Positions 45,313 to 55,647 of a stretch of 64,000 bases of DNA are shown here, one piece after another. This DNA is from Planctomycetota bacterium (GTDB taxonomy: Bacteria > Planctomycetota > UBA1135 > UBA2386): contig OZ245006.1 in assembly GCA_965223545.1 (NCBI GenBank), positions 3,808,001 through 3,872,000 of the forward strand. Direction: 5' to 3'. Both the position numbers and the translations under genes were made by a program. Position 1 is the first letter of the stretch. The number at the start of each line of letters is the position of its first letter. The notes below the pieces were generated by a model that searched no databases, had not been told where the DNA came from, and saw nothing but the letters and a program-made list of their open reading frames with translations.

Positions 45313-46886
45313 AGCGGCGTGCTCTGATCTCGGTGACCGACAAGACCGGGGTTGCCGACTTCGCGCGCGAGCTGGTGCAGCTCGGTTTTTCGATCCTGTC
45401 GACCGGCGGTACCGCGCGGGCGCTGCGCGACGCCGGGGTCACCGTCGAGGACGTCGCCGCCTACACCGGATTTCCGGAGATCTTCGGCGGCCGGGTGAAG
45501 ACCCTGCACCCGGCGGTGCACGGCGGCATCCTGGCGCCGCGCGGCGACCGCGATGCCGCCGCGGTCATGGCCGAGCACGGCATCGACCCGATCGACGTGG
45601 TCGCCGTCAACCTCTACCGCTTCGAGGAAGCCGCGGCGCGCGACGGCGCCGGCGACGACGAAGTCATCGAGGCGATCGACATCGGCGGACCGTGCATGAT
45701 CCGCGCCGCCGCCAAGAACCACGCGCACGTCGCCGTGGTGACCCGCCCGGACGACTACGGCGCTTTGTTGGCCGCGCTGCGCGTGGGCGACGACGCCGCG
45801 CTGGCCGCCCTGCGCCGGCGGCTGGCGGCGCGTGCCTTCGCGCACACGGCGCGCTACGACACCGCGGTCGCCTCCTGGTTCGCGAACGCCGACACCGGCG
45901 ACGCGACCGAGCCACCGCCGACGCTGGCAGTGTTCGCCGACCGCAAGCAGACGCTGCGCTACGGGGAGAACCCGCATCAACAGGCCGCGTTCTACGCGGC
46001 GGCGGGGTCGCCGGCGCCCAACCTCGCCACCGCGCGCCAGCTCGGCGGCAAGGAGCTGTCCTACAACAACCTCGTCGATCTCGATGCGGCCCTCGCGCTG
46101 GTCGTCGAGTTCGAGCAGCCGGCGTGTGCGATCATCAAGCACACCAACCCGTGCGGCACGGCGATCGCCGACAGCCCCAGCCGGGCGTTCGAGTCCGCCC
46201 TGGCGGCCGATCCGCTGAGCGCGTTCGGCGGCATCGTCGCCCTCAACCGCCGGCTGGACGCAGCACTGGCGCGCGCGATCCTGGCGCGCGACACCTTCGT
46301 CGAAGCGATCATCGCGCCGCACATCGACGAGGACGCGGCCGCGGCTCTGGCCACAGGTCGCGGGGGCAAGAGTCTGCGTTTGCTGTCGCTCGACGGCGAG
46401 CCCGCCGCGCCGGCCGGGCTCACGCTGCGCGAAGTGCGCGGCGGAATCCTGGCGCAAACCCCCGATGCCGCGGGCAGCGCCGGCAACGAGCTGCGCGCCG
46501 TGACCCGGCGCGCGCCGAGCGACGACGAGAGCGCGGCCCTGGCCTTCGCCTGGCGAGTGGCCAAGCACGTCAAGAGCAATGCCATCGTGCTGGCTCACAG
46601 CGCGGGTGACGGAGCCTTCGCCACGGTCGGCGTCGGCGCCGGCCAAATGAGCCGCGTGGACTCGGTGGAGATCGCGGTGCGGAAAGCGGGCGACCGCGCA
46701 GCCGGCGCGGTGATGGCATCCGACGCGTTCTTTCCGTTCGCCGACGGCGTCGAGAAGGCCGCCGCCGCCGGCGTGCGCGCCGCGGTCCAGCCCGGCGGCA
46801 GCCGCAACGACGACCAGGTGATCGCCGCCGCCGACGCGGCCGGCATGGCGATGGTCTTCACCGGCGCGCGCCACTTCCGTCACTGA
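45309..46886 (+). CDS. purH: Bifunctional AICAR transformylase/IMP cyclohydrolase
   Basis: [60 protein letters not shown]. Confidence 0.98.
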   Translation: MKRRALISVTDKTGVADFARELVQLGFSILSTGGTARALRDAGVTVEDVAAYTGFPEIFGGRVKTLHPAVHGGILAPRGDRDAAAVMAEHGIDPIDVVAVNLYRFEEAAARDGAGDDEVIEAIDIGGPCMIRAAAKNHAHVAVVTRPDDYGALLAALRVGDDAALAALRRRLAARAFAHTARYDTAVASWFANADTGDATEPPPTLAVFADRKQTLRYGENPHQQAAFYAAAGSPAPNLATARQLGGKELSYNNLVDLDAALALVVEFEQPACAIIKHTNPCGTAIADSPSRAFESALAADPLSAFGGIVALNRRLDAALARAILARDTFVEAIIAPHIDEDAAAALATGRGGKSLRLLSLDGEPAAPAGLTLREVRGGILAQTPDAAGSAGNELRAVTRRAPSDDESAALAFAWRVAKHVKSNAIVLAHSAGDGAFATVGVGAGQMSRVDSVEIAVRKAGDRAAGAVMASDAFFPFADGVEKAAAAGVRAAVQPGGSRNDDQVIAAADAAGMAMVFTGARHFRH

Positions 46887-46890
46887 GTCC

Positions 46891-47247
46891 ATGCAAGTCG
46901 ACGACGGCGTCCAACGTGTGCTCGAAGGCGAGCCCGTCGATGTCCTCGCCCGCGCCTACCGGCACGGCTTGCTGGCGGCGTTCGGCCTCGATCCACGCGA
47001 GGCCGCGGCCGAGACCTTCGCCCGTGAGACCCGCTTGTTCGTCAACAACGTCTGCCGCGAGCTCGGCGACCGCCACTCGGGCGACCAGCGGGCACTCGTC
47101 GCGCTGCGCGACTGGGCGCCGCGCTGCCGCGACTACGAGCCGTGGGACGCGCTGCTCACGCACTTCGAGTTCGACGGCAAGGACACCTTGGTGCGCCGCG
47201 GACGCGTGCTGTTTCCCGGGCCCATGACTTCGCACTGGGACGGATGA
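46891..47247 (+). CDS. Hypothetical protein, 118 aa
   Basis: Fills the purH-yggS gap; ATGA overlap with yggS. Confidence 0.8.
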   Translation: MQVDDGVQRVLEGEPVDVLARAYRHGLLAAFGLDPREAAAETFARETRLFVNNVCRELGDRHSGDQRALVALRDWAPRCRDYEPWDALLTHFEFDGKDTLVRRGRVLFPGPMTSHWDG

Positions 47248-47933
47248 ACATCGCCGCGCGGCTCGAGGCGGTGCGCGCCGAGATCGCCGCCGCCTGCGCG
47301 CGCCACGGGCGTGACCCCGAAGCGGTGACCCTGTTGGCGGTCAGCAAGACCAGACCGGCCGCATCGGTGCGCGCGGCGCTCGCCGCCGGTCAGCGCGCCT
47401 TCGGCGAAAACCGCGTGCAAGAGCTCGTCGCCAAGGCGGCCGAACTCAGAGACCCGAGTCTCGAGTGGCACATGATCGGCTCACTGCAGACCAACAAGGT
47501 GCGCGACGTGCTCCGCGTCTCGGGCCTGACGCTGCTGCACAGCCTCGATCGCATCAAGCTCGCCGACCATCTCCAACAGGAGTGCGCCATCGCGGATCGT
47601 GACCTGCGCGTGCTCGTGCAGCTCAACGCCTCCGGCGAGAACGAAAAGCACGGAGTCGCACCGGAGAACGCGCGCGCGCTGGCGCGCCACGTCGCCGCGC
47701 ACTGCCCGCGGCTCCAGGTGTGCGGCGTGATGGCCATGGGGCCGCGCAGCGGCGCACCGGACGCCGCGTTCGCGCTCGCGAGCAGAACTCTGGAGCAGCT
47801 GCGCGACGACCTCGGCCGATCGATGCCGACGTTGAGTCTGGGGATGACGCACGACCTCGACGCCGCCATCGCCGCGGGCTCCACCATGGTGCGCGTCGGC
47901 ACTGGCGTGTTCGGCCAGCGCGATCCGGCCTAG
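47244..47933 (+). CDS. yggS: YggS/PLPBP pyridoxal-phosphate homeostasis protein
   Basis: LLAVSKT, FGENRVQE, WHMIGSLQTNK, LSLGMTHD, GSTMVRVGTGVFG. Confidence 0.96.
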   Translation: MNIAARLEAVRAEIAAACARHGRDPEAVTLLAVSKTRPAASVRAALAAGQRAFGENRVQELVAKAAELRDPSLEWHMIGSLQTNKVRDVLRVSGLTLLHSLDRIKLADHLQQECAIADRDLRVLVQLNASGENEKHGVAPENARALARHVAAHCPRLQVCGVMAMGPRSGAPDAAFALASRTLEQLRDDLGRSMPTLSLGMTHDLDAAIAAGSTMVRVGTGVFGQRDPA

Positions 47934-48075
47934 TCGGCGATCTGCGGCAAAGCGCGTGACGAACGCGCGCCGCTCGCACCCTCGGCAGCGCCGCGCAGCC
48001 AATCGGAGTTGGCGAACCATCGCGGCCCGCGCCGTCATCTCCGACGTCGCAGTTCGTCACCCTTGGAGGAACCCT

Positions 48076-49884
48076 GTGTCGCTTTCTCTCTTCTCCCCTG
48101 CCCAGCGGCTGATCCCCAGCCTTGCCGCAGCTCTATCATTGTCGCTGTCGATGACCGCCATGCCCGCGCAGACCACCGTGACCGTAGGCGGTGGCGGAAG
48201 CGCAAGCCCCGGAGGGAGCCATGGCACCATCGATCCCGATCTCCTGCCCTGTGGATGGCGGCGCAGCGTTCGGTTCTACGTCGACGGCGCTGTCGGCAGC
48301 AACACCAACAACGGCAGCATCGCCAGTCCCTTTGCCAGCATCGGCTACGCCTTGGCGCAGGCTCAGCTGGTCTGGGACAGCGCGACCAACGCGAGATCAC
48401 CCGTAGTGATCGAGGTCGCCCCGGGTCTGTACGCCGAGAGCCTCGTGGTGCCAGCCAGAGGACTCAAGCTGCAAGCAGGCGAGCCCGGGGTCATCATCGA
48501 TGCGACCTCGACCGGCGCGCAGCAGGTCGTGCTGGTCAATCGACCCGGACCACGGGTCGCTGCGTGCGGCTACATGCCGCCGACCGAGTTGCGCGACCTC
48601 ACGCTGCGCGGCGCCGAGCGCTTTGGTATCTGGATGGAGCCGAGCTCGACCGCGCAGGGCCCGCTGCCCGAGCCTGAACGAGTGGAGGTCGTCGGCTGCA
48701 CCGTCACCGGCAATGCCGAAGGAGGGATCTGGATCCGCACCATCGATCCCTGGCGGTGCGAACACTTGATCGAAGCCAACACCATCGTGGGCAACTTCAC
48801 GACCGGCGCCGCCAGCTACGGAGTGCGCATCACGGCTTCGGGGGTCGACTCGACGGTCGTCCGGAGGAACGACATCGTGATGCACGAAAAGGGCATCGAG
48901 ATCGGTGGCAGCGGCTCGAACCGAGTGCGGCCGCGCGTGATGTCCAACTTCATCCGGCACTTCGAAAGGGGAGTCGAGGCGGTCGGGTCGGGGCCTTGGA
49001 TCGTCAACAACACCATCGCCTGGCCGCAGCCGTTCTCCGATCCGCAGTTCCTGGTGAACTTCATCGGCGTCAACCTCTCATCCCTTCAGGACACGACCGT
49101 CGCCAACAACATCATCTGGATCCCCGATCTGGACAAGATCGACGGCATCGACATGGTCCCAGAGGTTCAGAGCCCTTCGATCCTCAACAACGATTTCGAG
49201 GACGACGACAACCCTAACGTCTGGGTCTTGGGCAACGTCAACATCCCGCCACCGTTCGTCTCGCCGACCGACCTGCACCTGTTGCCGTTCACACCGGCGA
49301 GCCCAATCGAGCTGTACGACGGCGGTAGCCGCCCGAGCATTCTCGACCCCTTGCCGCTGACCGTCGACGGGATCGACGTGCCGGCCGACCAAGGGCGCGA
49401 CATCGACGGGGACGTGCGCTCGGTCGACAACTCCGGCACGACAGTGTTTCCGTTCGTCGGCATGGGGGCGGACGAGGCCGCCGTCGTCGGTCTCACCTAC
49501 ACCGACACCGCCGCGGTCGACGTGCTGGGCAACGTCTCGCTGTCCGCCGGCGCACCGCCGCTCAACCTCCGCGTCACCGGGCCAACCGGTGCCACGGTGA
49601 ACTGGTACGCCTGGATGCCGAGTGTCAGCACCTCCAACGACCCGGACTGGTTCAACCGCTACGACTTCATGGGCGCAGGCGGACACTACTTGTTGCCGCT
49701 CGCCGCTCCCTCCGTCTCGCTGTTCGCCACGACGACCATCTCGGGAGGTGTCAGCGTGCCGCCGGTGGACCCGGCACTCCCCATGGTGCTCGAAGCCGAG
49801 CTCTACGTTCAGGCATTCGTGCGCGACGTGGCCGGCGGCGAGGCCCGCTGGACCAATCGACTGCGCTTCGAAATGAACCAGTGA
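48076..49884 (+). CDS. Secreted right-handed beta-helix (pectin-lyase-like/DUF1565) protein
   Basis: GGAGGA SD; FYVDG...GSIASPFASIGYAL...VAPGLYAE; repeated NNTI/NNII strands; DIDGDVR...MGADE. Confidence 0.8.
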   Translation: MSLSLFSPAQRLIPSLAAALSLSLSMTAMPAQTTVTVGGGGSASPGGSHGTIDPDLLPCGWRRSVRFYVDGAVGSNTNNGSIASPFASIGYALAQAQLVWDSATNARSPVVIEVAPGLYAESLVVPARGLKLQAGEPGVIIDATSTGAQQVVLVNRPGPRVAACGYMPPTELRDLTLRGAERFGIWMEPSSTAQGPLPEPERVEVVGCTVTGNAEGGIWIRTIDPWRCEHLIEANTIVGNFTTGAASYGVRITASGVDSTVVRRNDIVMHEKGIEIGGSGSNRVRPRVMSNFIRHFERGVEAVGSGPWIVNNTIAWPQPFSDPQFLVNFIGVNLSSLQDTTVANNIIWIPDLDKIDGIDMVPEVQSPSILNNDFEDDDNPNVWVLGNVNIPPPFVSPTDLHLLPFTPASPIELYDGGSRPSILDPLPLTVDGIDVPADQGRDIDGDVRSVDNSGTTVFPFVGMGADEAAVVGLTYTDTAAVDVLGNVSLSAGAPPLNLRVTGPTGATVNWYAWMPSVSTSNDPDWFNRYDFMGAGGHYLLPLAAPSVSLFATTTISGGVSVPPVDPALPMVLEAELYVQAFVRDVAGGEARWTNRLRFEMNQ

Positions 49885-49901
49885 ACGACCGCGGTGCCGG
49901 C

Positions 49902-50442
49902 TCAAGCGTCGTCGACCAGCGCGACGAGCTTCTGCACCGTGTTCCAGTTGCGCCACGTCGACGTCGTGCCCAGCGTCCGGTCGAGGTAGTCGACGGTCAG
50001 CTTGCTGCGCGCCGACCCCCGGGGGAACGCCAGATAGGCCTCGGCGCCGCGGACGGTGACGACGTCGGGCGGCGAACGTTCGGGATCGAGCGCGGCGACC
50101 AGGCTCCGGTCCGGAGTCGCCGCCAAGAACCCGACGTGCAGGTACTTCGCGTCGGCAACCAGAGCCGCGTGCGGATGCGACCGCGCGATGCGTGACAGCT
50201 GGCGCGCGGATCGCGTGATCATCACGGGCGCAAACCCGAACAACTCGCTCGATCGCCGCGCGAACCGATCCAGTGATCGACTGCCGCCGCGCATCGGGGG
50301 CCGAGAAGATCACATTGCCGCTCTGGATGAACGTGCGCACATCCGTCGCGCCCGCCGCCTCGAACATGGTTGACAGATCGCGCATCGGCAGGCGGTGCTT
50401 GCCGCCGACGTTGATGCCGCGGAGCAGAGCGACACTGCGCAT
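49902..50442 (-). pseudogene. DUF1697 family gene with a frameshift
   Basis: VALLRGINVGG...TFIQSGNVIF in one frame and FGFAPVMITRS...TWRNWNTVQKL in another; shift near 50248. Confidence 0.8.
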
Positions 50443-50452
50443 GATGGTCTGA

Positions 50453-51523
50453 TCAGAACCGATAGAGGTTGTCGGCCACGTCGAACTGCAAGTGCTCGTG
50501 CGGCCGCCCGCCGTGCAGCGCCTCCTTGAAGAACGCCTTGAGGCGCCGATTCTCGGCCACCGGCTCGCCGAGGAAGTAGCTGTGTGAGCGCCCGACGCCG
50601 CGCGCATCAGTGCAGTCGACGTAGATGGCGCGGTCCGCGTCGAGCCCGCGCCGATAGTGTCCCAGGCGCGCGCCCTGCGCTTCGCCGAACTTCAGGCGCG
50701 ACGCTTGCAGCGCATAGTCGTCGGCGTTGATGGTGACGTAGATCTGTCCGCGGCACTCGATCTGGTCGACCCACTCGTGGTGGTTCTCGTTGTTGGTATC
50801 TGCGGCCGCCAGGACGACATTGTCGAACACGAGCTCGCGACTCTCGAAGATCGGCGACTGCAGGGCGTTCTTGAACAGGTAGTTGCCCATGCTGTGGAAC
50901 AGCGCGCTGACCCGAAACGGGCACTCTTCTTCGCTGCGTCGCGCGACGAACCGGTCGCGCTCGATCGGCGAATGCGGGTGGGCAACCATCGCTTCGGCGT
51001 GCAAGAGGTCCCTGATCTCGAGGTTGAACTCCTGCAGGTAGTGATGCATCTTGCCGATCACTCGGTCGAGCGCTCCGACGGACAACCGGGCGACCTTCTT
51101 GTCGCGCCGGTAGCTCAAGGTGCCGGCGGCGCCACCGCCCCTGGCCGGCCAGCTGAACGCGACCACTTCGGCGCGGTACGCCCGCTCGAGCGCCCAACCC
51201 TGCTCGAGGACGTCGTCGATGTCGTTGTTGAAGCCGTGCACGTAGAGGATCGCGTGCCGGCGAGTCCGCGCCCGGCGCAGGCGCTGCCGGATGCGCTCGG
51301 CGACATAGCGGCTGGCGAACACTTCGCCCTCGTCGTCGATGCCCACTTCGGCTTTCAGCTCGTCGTCCAGCACGTCCGGCAGCACGCGCACCTTCCAGCG
51401 GCCCCTGGCGCGGCCGATTTCCGCCATGCGCAACTCGTGGGGCCCCTTGCGGTTGAAGCCGGCGCCGAACGCGGCGGACGTGCGACTGTTCTCCAACAGA
51501 TCTCGGTTGGTGACGACGAACAC
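50453..51523 (-). CDS. Alpha/beta hydrolase (DUF900-like)
   Basis: AGGAGG SD before GTG; FVVTNR, YVHGFNN, FSWP, HSMGN, LAAAD, DYALQAS, HSYF. Confidence 0.88.
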   Translation of the reverse strand: MFVVTNRDLLENSRTSAAFGAGFNRKGPHELRMAEIGRARGRWKVRVLPDVLDDELKAEVGIDDEGEVFASRYVAERIRQRLRRARTRRHAILYVHGFNNDIDDVLEQGWALERAYRAEVVAFSWPARGGGAAGTLSYRRDKKVARLSVGALDRVIGKMHHYLQEFNLEIRDLLHAEAMVAHPHSPIERDRFVARRSEEECPFRVSALFHSMGNYLFKNALQSPIFESRELVFDNVVLAAADTNNENHHEWVDQIECRGQIYVTINADDYALQASRLKFGEAQGARLGHYRRGLDADRAIYVDCTDARGVGRSHSYFLGEPVAENRRLKAFFKEALHGGRPHEHLQFDVADNLYRF

Positions 51524-51744
51524 GGATACCTCCTGACGACGATGGGACGGGCAGTCTGCGCCAGGCGCAACGCCGGAGTCGCCGCTCGCCCGCCGCCAAA
51601 TTGTCCGTAGACGCCAGGCTGCGGAAAGGATGGTCCGGCATAATGCTCGCCCCTCTCGCCTTCCGGCCCGCCATCGGCAACCCGGCGCGCCGGCCCTCCG
51701 TACGCATGCCTCGGGGCGCCGCAAGCCGCCCCCCGACACTTCCC

Positions 51745-53256
51745 ATGGTCGCAACGATCTCACGCTCCGCCAAGCCGTCGTGCCTGGTCACCCTCCTCGC
51801 CTGCGCCCTTCCCGCGGCAACCGTCCAGCAAGCCGATCTCGAAGTCACCCCAGTCGAACAACGGGTCCAGGAGCAACCCACCGGGGAAGCGCTCCCCGCG
51901 GCCCTGGAAGCCGAGCGCTCCCGCTTCATCGACGACGTGCTGCTGCTGGCCCAACAAGCTCGTGAAGCGACCTACCACTCGGCGGCGCGCGCCTTGTTCG
52001 AGTACGTCTGCTCACTGGAGCCAGACAACGCCACCGCCAACAAGGGGCTCGGGCGGCGCAAGCGCAAGGGCGAGTGGCAGCCGGGCCGCGAGCGGCCAGC
52101 GGAAGACGCCGTCGATGCCACAGCGATCGAGGCCCACGACACTGCCCGGGCCGCGCTGGTCGAGCGCGCCATCGAGCACATCGCGTCGATCTTCGAGCCT
52201 CTGCCGCGCACTCCCACGATGCTCGAGCGCGAGCGACAGGCCCTGACGTTCCTCACCGGCTTCGAGCCAGATCACGAGGCCCTTCGGCAGCGCATTGGCG
52301 AAGTGCGCGACGCCGACAGCGGCCGCTGGGTGCTCGAAGAAGTGCCGATCGCCCGCCGCAACATCGCCGCCAACTACGACGTGCTCGCCGAGGTCCGCGC
52401 GGGGTTGCCCTCGACTTCGCCGGGCGAGCCCGACGACGACGCCGCGGCGACCAGCGTGACCTTCGCCACGGTGCTGCAGTCCGAAGCCCTGCACGTCGCC
52501 ACGACGCTGGCCGGCAGCGAGGCACAATCGCTGCACGACACGATCGTCACCGCGCAGCGATATCTCGCGCGCTTCTTCGACAGCGAGCCGGAGTACGTGT
52601 GCCCTGACAAGGTCGTCTCGCTGTCGGACGCGCTGTTCAAGCACGCATTCTTCGCCGAGCACCCCGCGGTCGATCCGGAGACTCTCGACGACAACTTGGC
52701 GTTGAACGGAGCCTGGATCGGGCAGCAGCTGGTCGTCAGCGGGCCGACCGAGACCGAGCGTCTCGACATGGCATCGTTTCTGACCACCACTGGCCAGATG
52801 CTGATCATCTTCGGCCGAGAAGACGACACCGGCTGGATCCGCCAAAGCCTGACCAGCTACCTGTCGGCCGCGGTCTGCGGAACGCACCTGTCGTTCTTGG
52901 TGACGCGCGATCAGTACGGCCAATCCGGCCGCCCTTGGCCGGCACGCGTACCCACCACACGCTCCGGGTGGCTCGAGGCGGCACGCCCATTCCTCGGCGA
53001 GGATCAGCCGTTCGGCAACTTCGTGCGCGCGCTCGGTGTACCCACGCGCGGCATGGGCTGGGAAGAGGTCGCCGTCGGCTACGCCCTCTCGGTCTATCTG
53101 TGCGAAGCCCGCCGCACCGAGCTCTTCGAGATCTTGCGCCGCTTCGAGAAAGGCGACGAGAAGATGGGTGTGCTGGAGGAGGTGCTACAGATCCCGCTGC
53201 CGGCACTGCGGACACGTCTGGCCCGCTGGATCGACGAGCTCGACGCCGACGACTGA
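51745..53256 (+). CDS. Secreted hypothetical protein
   Basis: Signal-like N-terminus; long ORF with realistic composition; start uncertain. Confidence 0.75.
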   Translation: MVATISRSAKPSCLVTLLACALPAATVQQADLEVTPVEQRVQEQPTGEALPAALEAERSRFIDDVLLLAQQAREATYHSAARALFEYVCSLEPDNATANKGLGRRKRKGEWQPGRERPAEDAVDATAIEAHDTARAALVERAIEHIASIFEPLPRTPTMLERERQALTFLTGFEPDHEALRQRIGEVRDADSGRWVLEEVPIARRNIAANYDVLAEVRAGLPSTSPGEPDDDAAATSVTFATVLQSEALHVATTLAGSEAQSLHDTIVTAQRYLARFFDSEPEYVCPDKVVSLSDALFKHAFFAEHPAVDPETLDDNLALNGAWIGQQLVVSGPTETERLDMASFLTTTGQMLIIFGREDDTGWIRQSLTSYLSAAVCGTHLSFLVTRDQYGQSGRPWPARVPTTRSGWLEAARPFLGEDQPFGNFVRALGVPTRGMGWEEVAVGYALSVYLCEARRTELFEILRRFEKGDEKMGVLEEVLQIPLPALRTRLARWIDELDADD

Positions 53257-53261
53257 TCGGG

Positions 53262-55514
53262 TCACCGCCCGGTGCCGGCTTCGACCACGGCGCGGTAGTG
53301 CCGACGCGCCTGCTCATAGGCCTCCGCGGCGAGCGCCCGTTCCGCCTCCGCGTAGCCCATCTGCTTGGCGGCCCAACAGCGATCCACTGCGCGCAGGCAC
53401 CATGCGGCGCTGGCCGCCACGGCAACCGGTCGCTCGTCGAGCGTGACCCACACCGGATTGGTGTGCGCGGCGCCGAAGATGCGTGCCGCGACCCAGGCGG
53501 ACTCCACGATCGGCACGTCGAACGCGAGCTCGTGCCGCCCGCCATCGGCTTCGATCTCCCGGCGCCCGACCACGGCGCCATTGGCGACGACCTCGACCGC
53601 GACCCTGCGCGCACCACCGATTCTGGCCCGCTCGAGATGCCAGTGTGGGTGTTCGCCATAGCGACGGCACGGACGCCCCGCCAACAATGGATCGGGTTCC
53701 TCGGGCAGCAACGCAGCGGCGGTGAGCGTGACGCGGACCGATCCGGATCGATCGAGAACGACATCAGCACCGCCGACCCCCAGGTCATCCACCGCAAAGT
53801 CCATCAGGTGCGCGCGACCGTCCGACACGTAGCTGCGACCGGCGGCCAGCCCCGCGCGCCACGCCGGTACCGTACAGTCGCCGCCGATGTAGACGTAGGT
53901 GCGAAACCCACCGACCGCTGCATCACGACACGGGAATGCCGAGCCGCCGGCGATCCGCGGCCGCAGGCCGCTGTTGAGCGTGTGGTACCAGATGTTGAGC
54001 TCGTCGGTCGGCGGCGTGGATCCACAAGACACGAAATCGACCGCCGCCACCGGTTCGCCCATCGGCCCTTCGACCGCGTGCGTGACGTTGACGACGAACT
54101 CGTTTGCCCCGGTGCCGTCGAATCGCGGCATGTGGTCATTGGGCAGTTCCACGGTCGGCACGCCCAAGCCGATGCCCGAGTGCAAGGTGCCGCACACTGC
54201 TCCTTGTTTCTTGGCCCAACGCAGCAGGGTCAGCCCCAGCGTCGGCCAGTCGACCAAGTCGCCGGCGAAGTGTTGCTGCCGCAACCCGAGCAGGCACAGG
54301 CCGCCCGCGTGCGCCGGCCCGTGGCCGACGACTGCTACGTCATAGCGCAAGAAATACGGCGGCACTTGGGTCCGGTGCACGCCCCCGTCGAACTCACCGG
54401 CGCCAAACTCGCCATCGACCGAGGCCAAGACGCTGGTGATCTTGAGATCCTCGCCGAGTGCCTGGCGCAGCACGTCGCCCGCACTCAACCCCGGCGTCGG
54501 GTTGCTCGCGATGCCACAGCCTCGGGCATGAACATGGTGGTCCCCCGACCACCACCCGGCTGCGGCTGGATCGATCCAGCGCTCGAGGCGCGCGGACAAG
54601 GCCGTCGGGGCACTGCCGACACCGAGCTCGACAACCTGCGTGCGGTACTCCGGCCCTCGGCCGATCTCGACGCGGTAGTCACCCGGCGCAAGCACGATCT
54701 GCTCGCCGTGCCAGCGGTAGACCTGCGGCTGCAGCCACACGTCGGGACTCAAACGCTTGGCCGGCGCGGGATAGACCCGTCCAAGAGCATCCGTGATTCG
54801 CAGCGACACCGTGGTCGGCTCGCCGGCCTCGTTGTGCAAGTCGAGATCGATCGGAGTCGCCGGCGCGCTGATGAAACGCAGATCGACGGTTTCGAGCCGA
54901 CCGTCGCGATACACGTTCTCGCCGGTATCAAAGGCGATCGCTGCCCGCCGCTCTCCTTTCACCGCGCTGTACAGACTCACGACTCGATACTCCAAACCCG
55001 CGCCGCTCAGTGTCCGCAACGGCCACGGGTCGGTCACCGCCTCGACGGCCAGCCACCGCTGCCAAACCTGGTCTGCGGGTGTGGTGGTCACCGGTAGCAA
55101 ACTGCCGCTCACCATGCTCAGGGGCGAGCGCCACCCCGCCTCGTTGACCACCTTGAACACACAGACCGTCCAGCCGTGCTGGCGGAGCGCCACCGGCACG
55201 TCGGCGGCCGTCGCACGCAGACCGCCCTCCGCAGCAATCCGCACCGCGGCGATGCAGTGTGGGTCCAAGGCGCCCTGCACGACTTCGGCCAAACGGCCGG
55301 CGTCACTCTCGCGTCGTGCGCTTTGCAGTGCGCTCTGCAGCCAGGGAGGCGGCGGCTGCCCGAGGCGGACGAACGCGCCGTGGACTGCGTCGAGGTTGGC
55401 GCGGACCGCGTCGGGATCGGCCTCCTCGACCTTGGCAAAGCGCTGCGCCGCCAGAGTCGGCGCCACGGCGAGGGTGACCGGCAGGATGGCGAGAATGAAG
55501 GGCGAACCAATCAC
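53262..55514 (-). CDS. CehA/McbA-family (PHP-like) metallohydrolase homolog, secreted
   Basis: GRGPEY, WWSGDHHVH, ELNIWYHTLNSG, GRSYVSDG, HTNPVWV; start uncertain. Confidence 0.8.
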   Translation of the reverse strand: MIGSPFILAILPVTLAVAPTLAAQRFAKVEEADPDAVRANLDAVHGAFVRLGQPPPPWLQSALQSARRESDAGRLAEVVQGALDPHCIAAVRIAAEGGLRATAADVPVALRQHGWTVCVFKVVNEAGWRSPLSMVSGSLLPVTTTPADQVWQRWLAVEAVTDPWPLRTLSGAGLEYRVVSLYSAVKGERRAAIAFDTGENVYRDGRLETVDLRFISAPATPIDLDLHNEAGEPTTVSLRITDALGRVYPAPAKRLSPDVWLQPQVYRWHGEQIVLAPGDYRVEIGRGPEYRTQVVELGVGSAPTALSARLERWIDPAAAGWWSGDHHVHARGCGIASNPTPGLSAGDVLRQALGEDLKITSVLASVDGEFGAGEFDGGVHRTQVPPYFLRYDVAVVGHGPAHAGGLCLLGLRQQHFAGDLVDWPTLGLTLLRWAKKQGAVCGTLHSGIGLGVPTVELPNDHMPRFDGTGANEFVVNVTHAVEGPMGEPVAAVDFVSCGSTPPTDELNIWYHTLNSGLRPRIAGGSAFPCRDAAVGGFRTYVYIGGDCTVPAWRAGLAAGRSYVSDGRAHLMDFAVDDLGVGGADVVLDRSGSVRVTLTAAALLPEEPDPLLAGRPCRRYGEHPHWHLERARIGGARRVAVEVVANGAVVGRREIEADGGRHELAFDVPIVESAWVAARIFGAAHTNPVWVTLDERPVAVAASAAWCLRAVDRCWAAKQMGYAEAERALAAEAYEQARRHYRAVVEAGTGR

Positions 55515-55647
55515 GGTGGGCGAAGAGGGTAGCGGCTTTCGCCGGTCGCGACCGCGGCCCACCGTGGTTTTGGCTGCCCGGGCGAGCACACGGGCATACT
55601 GTCGGTTCCCACCCTTCGTCCGCCGCGCACGACGCTCGACCCGATTC

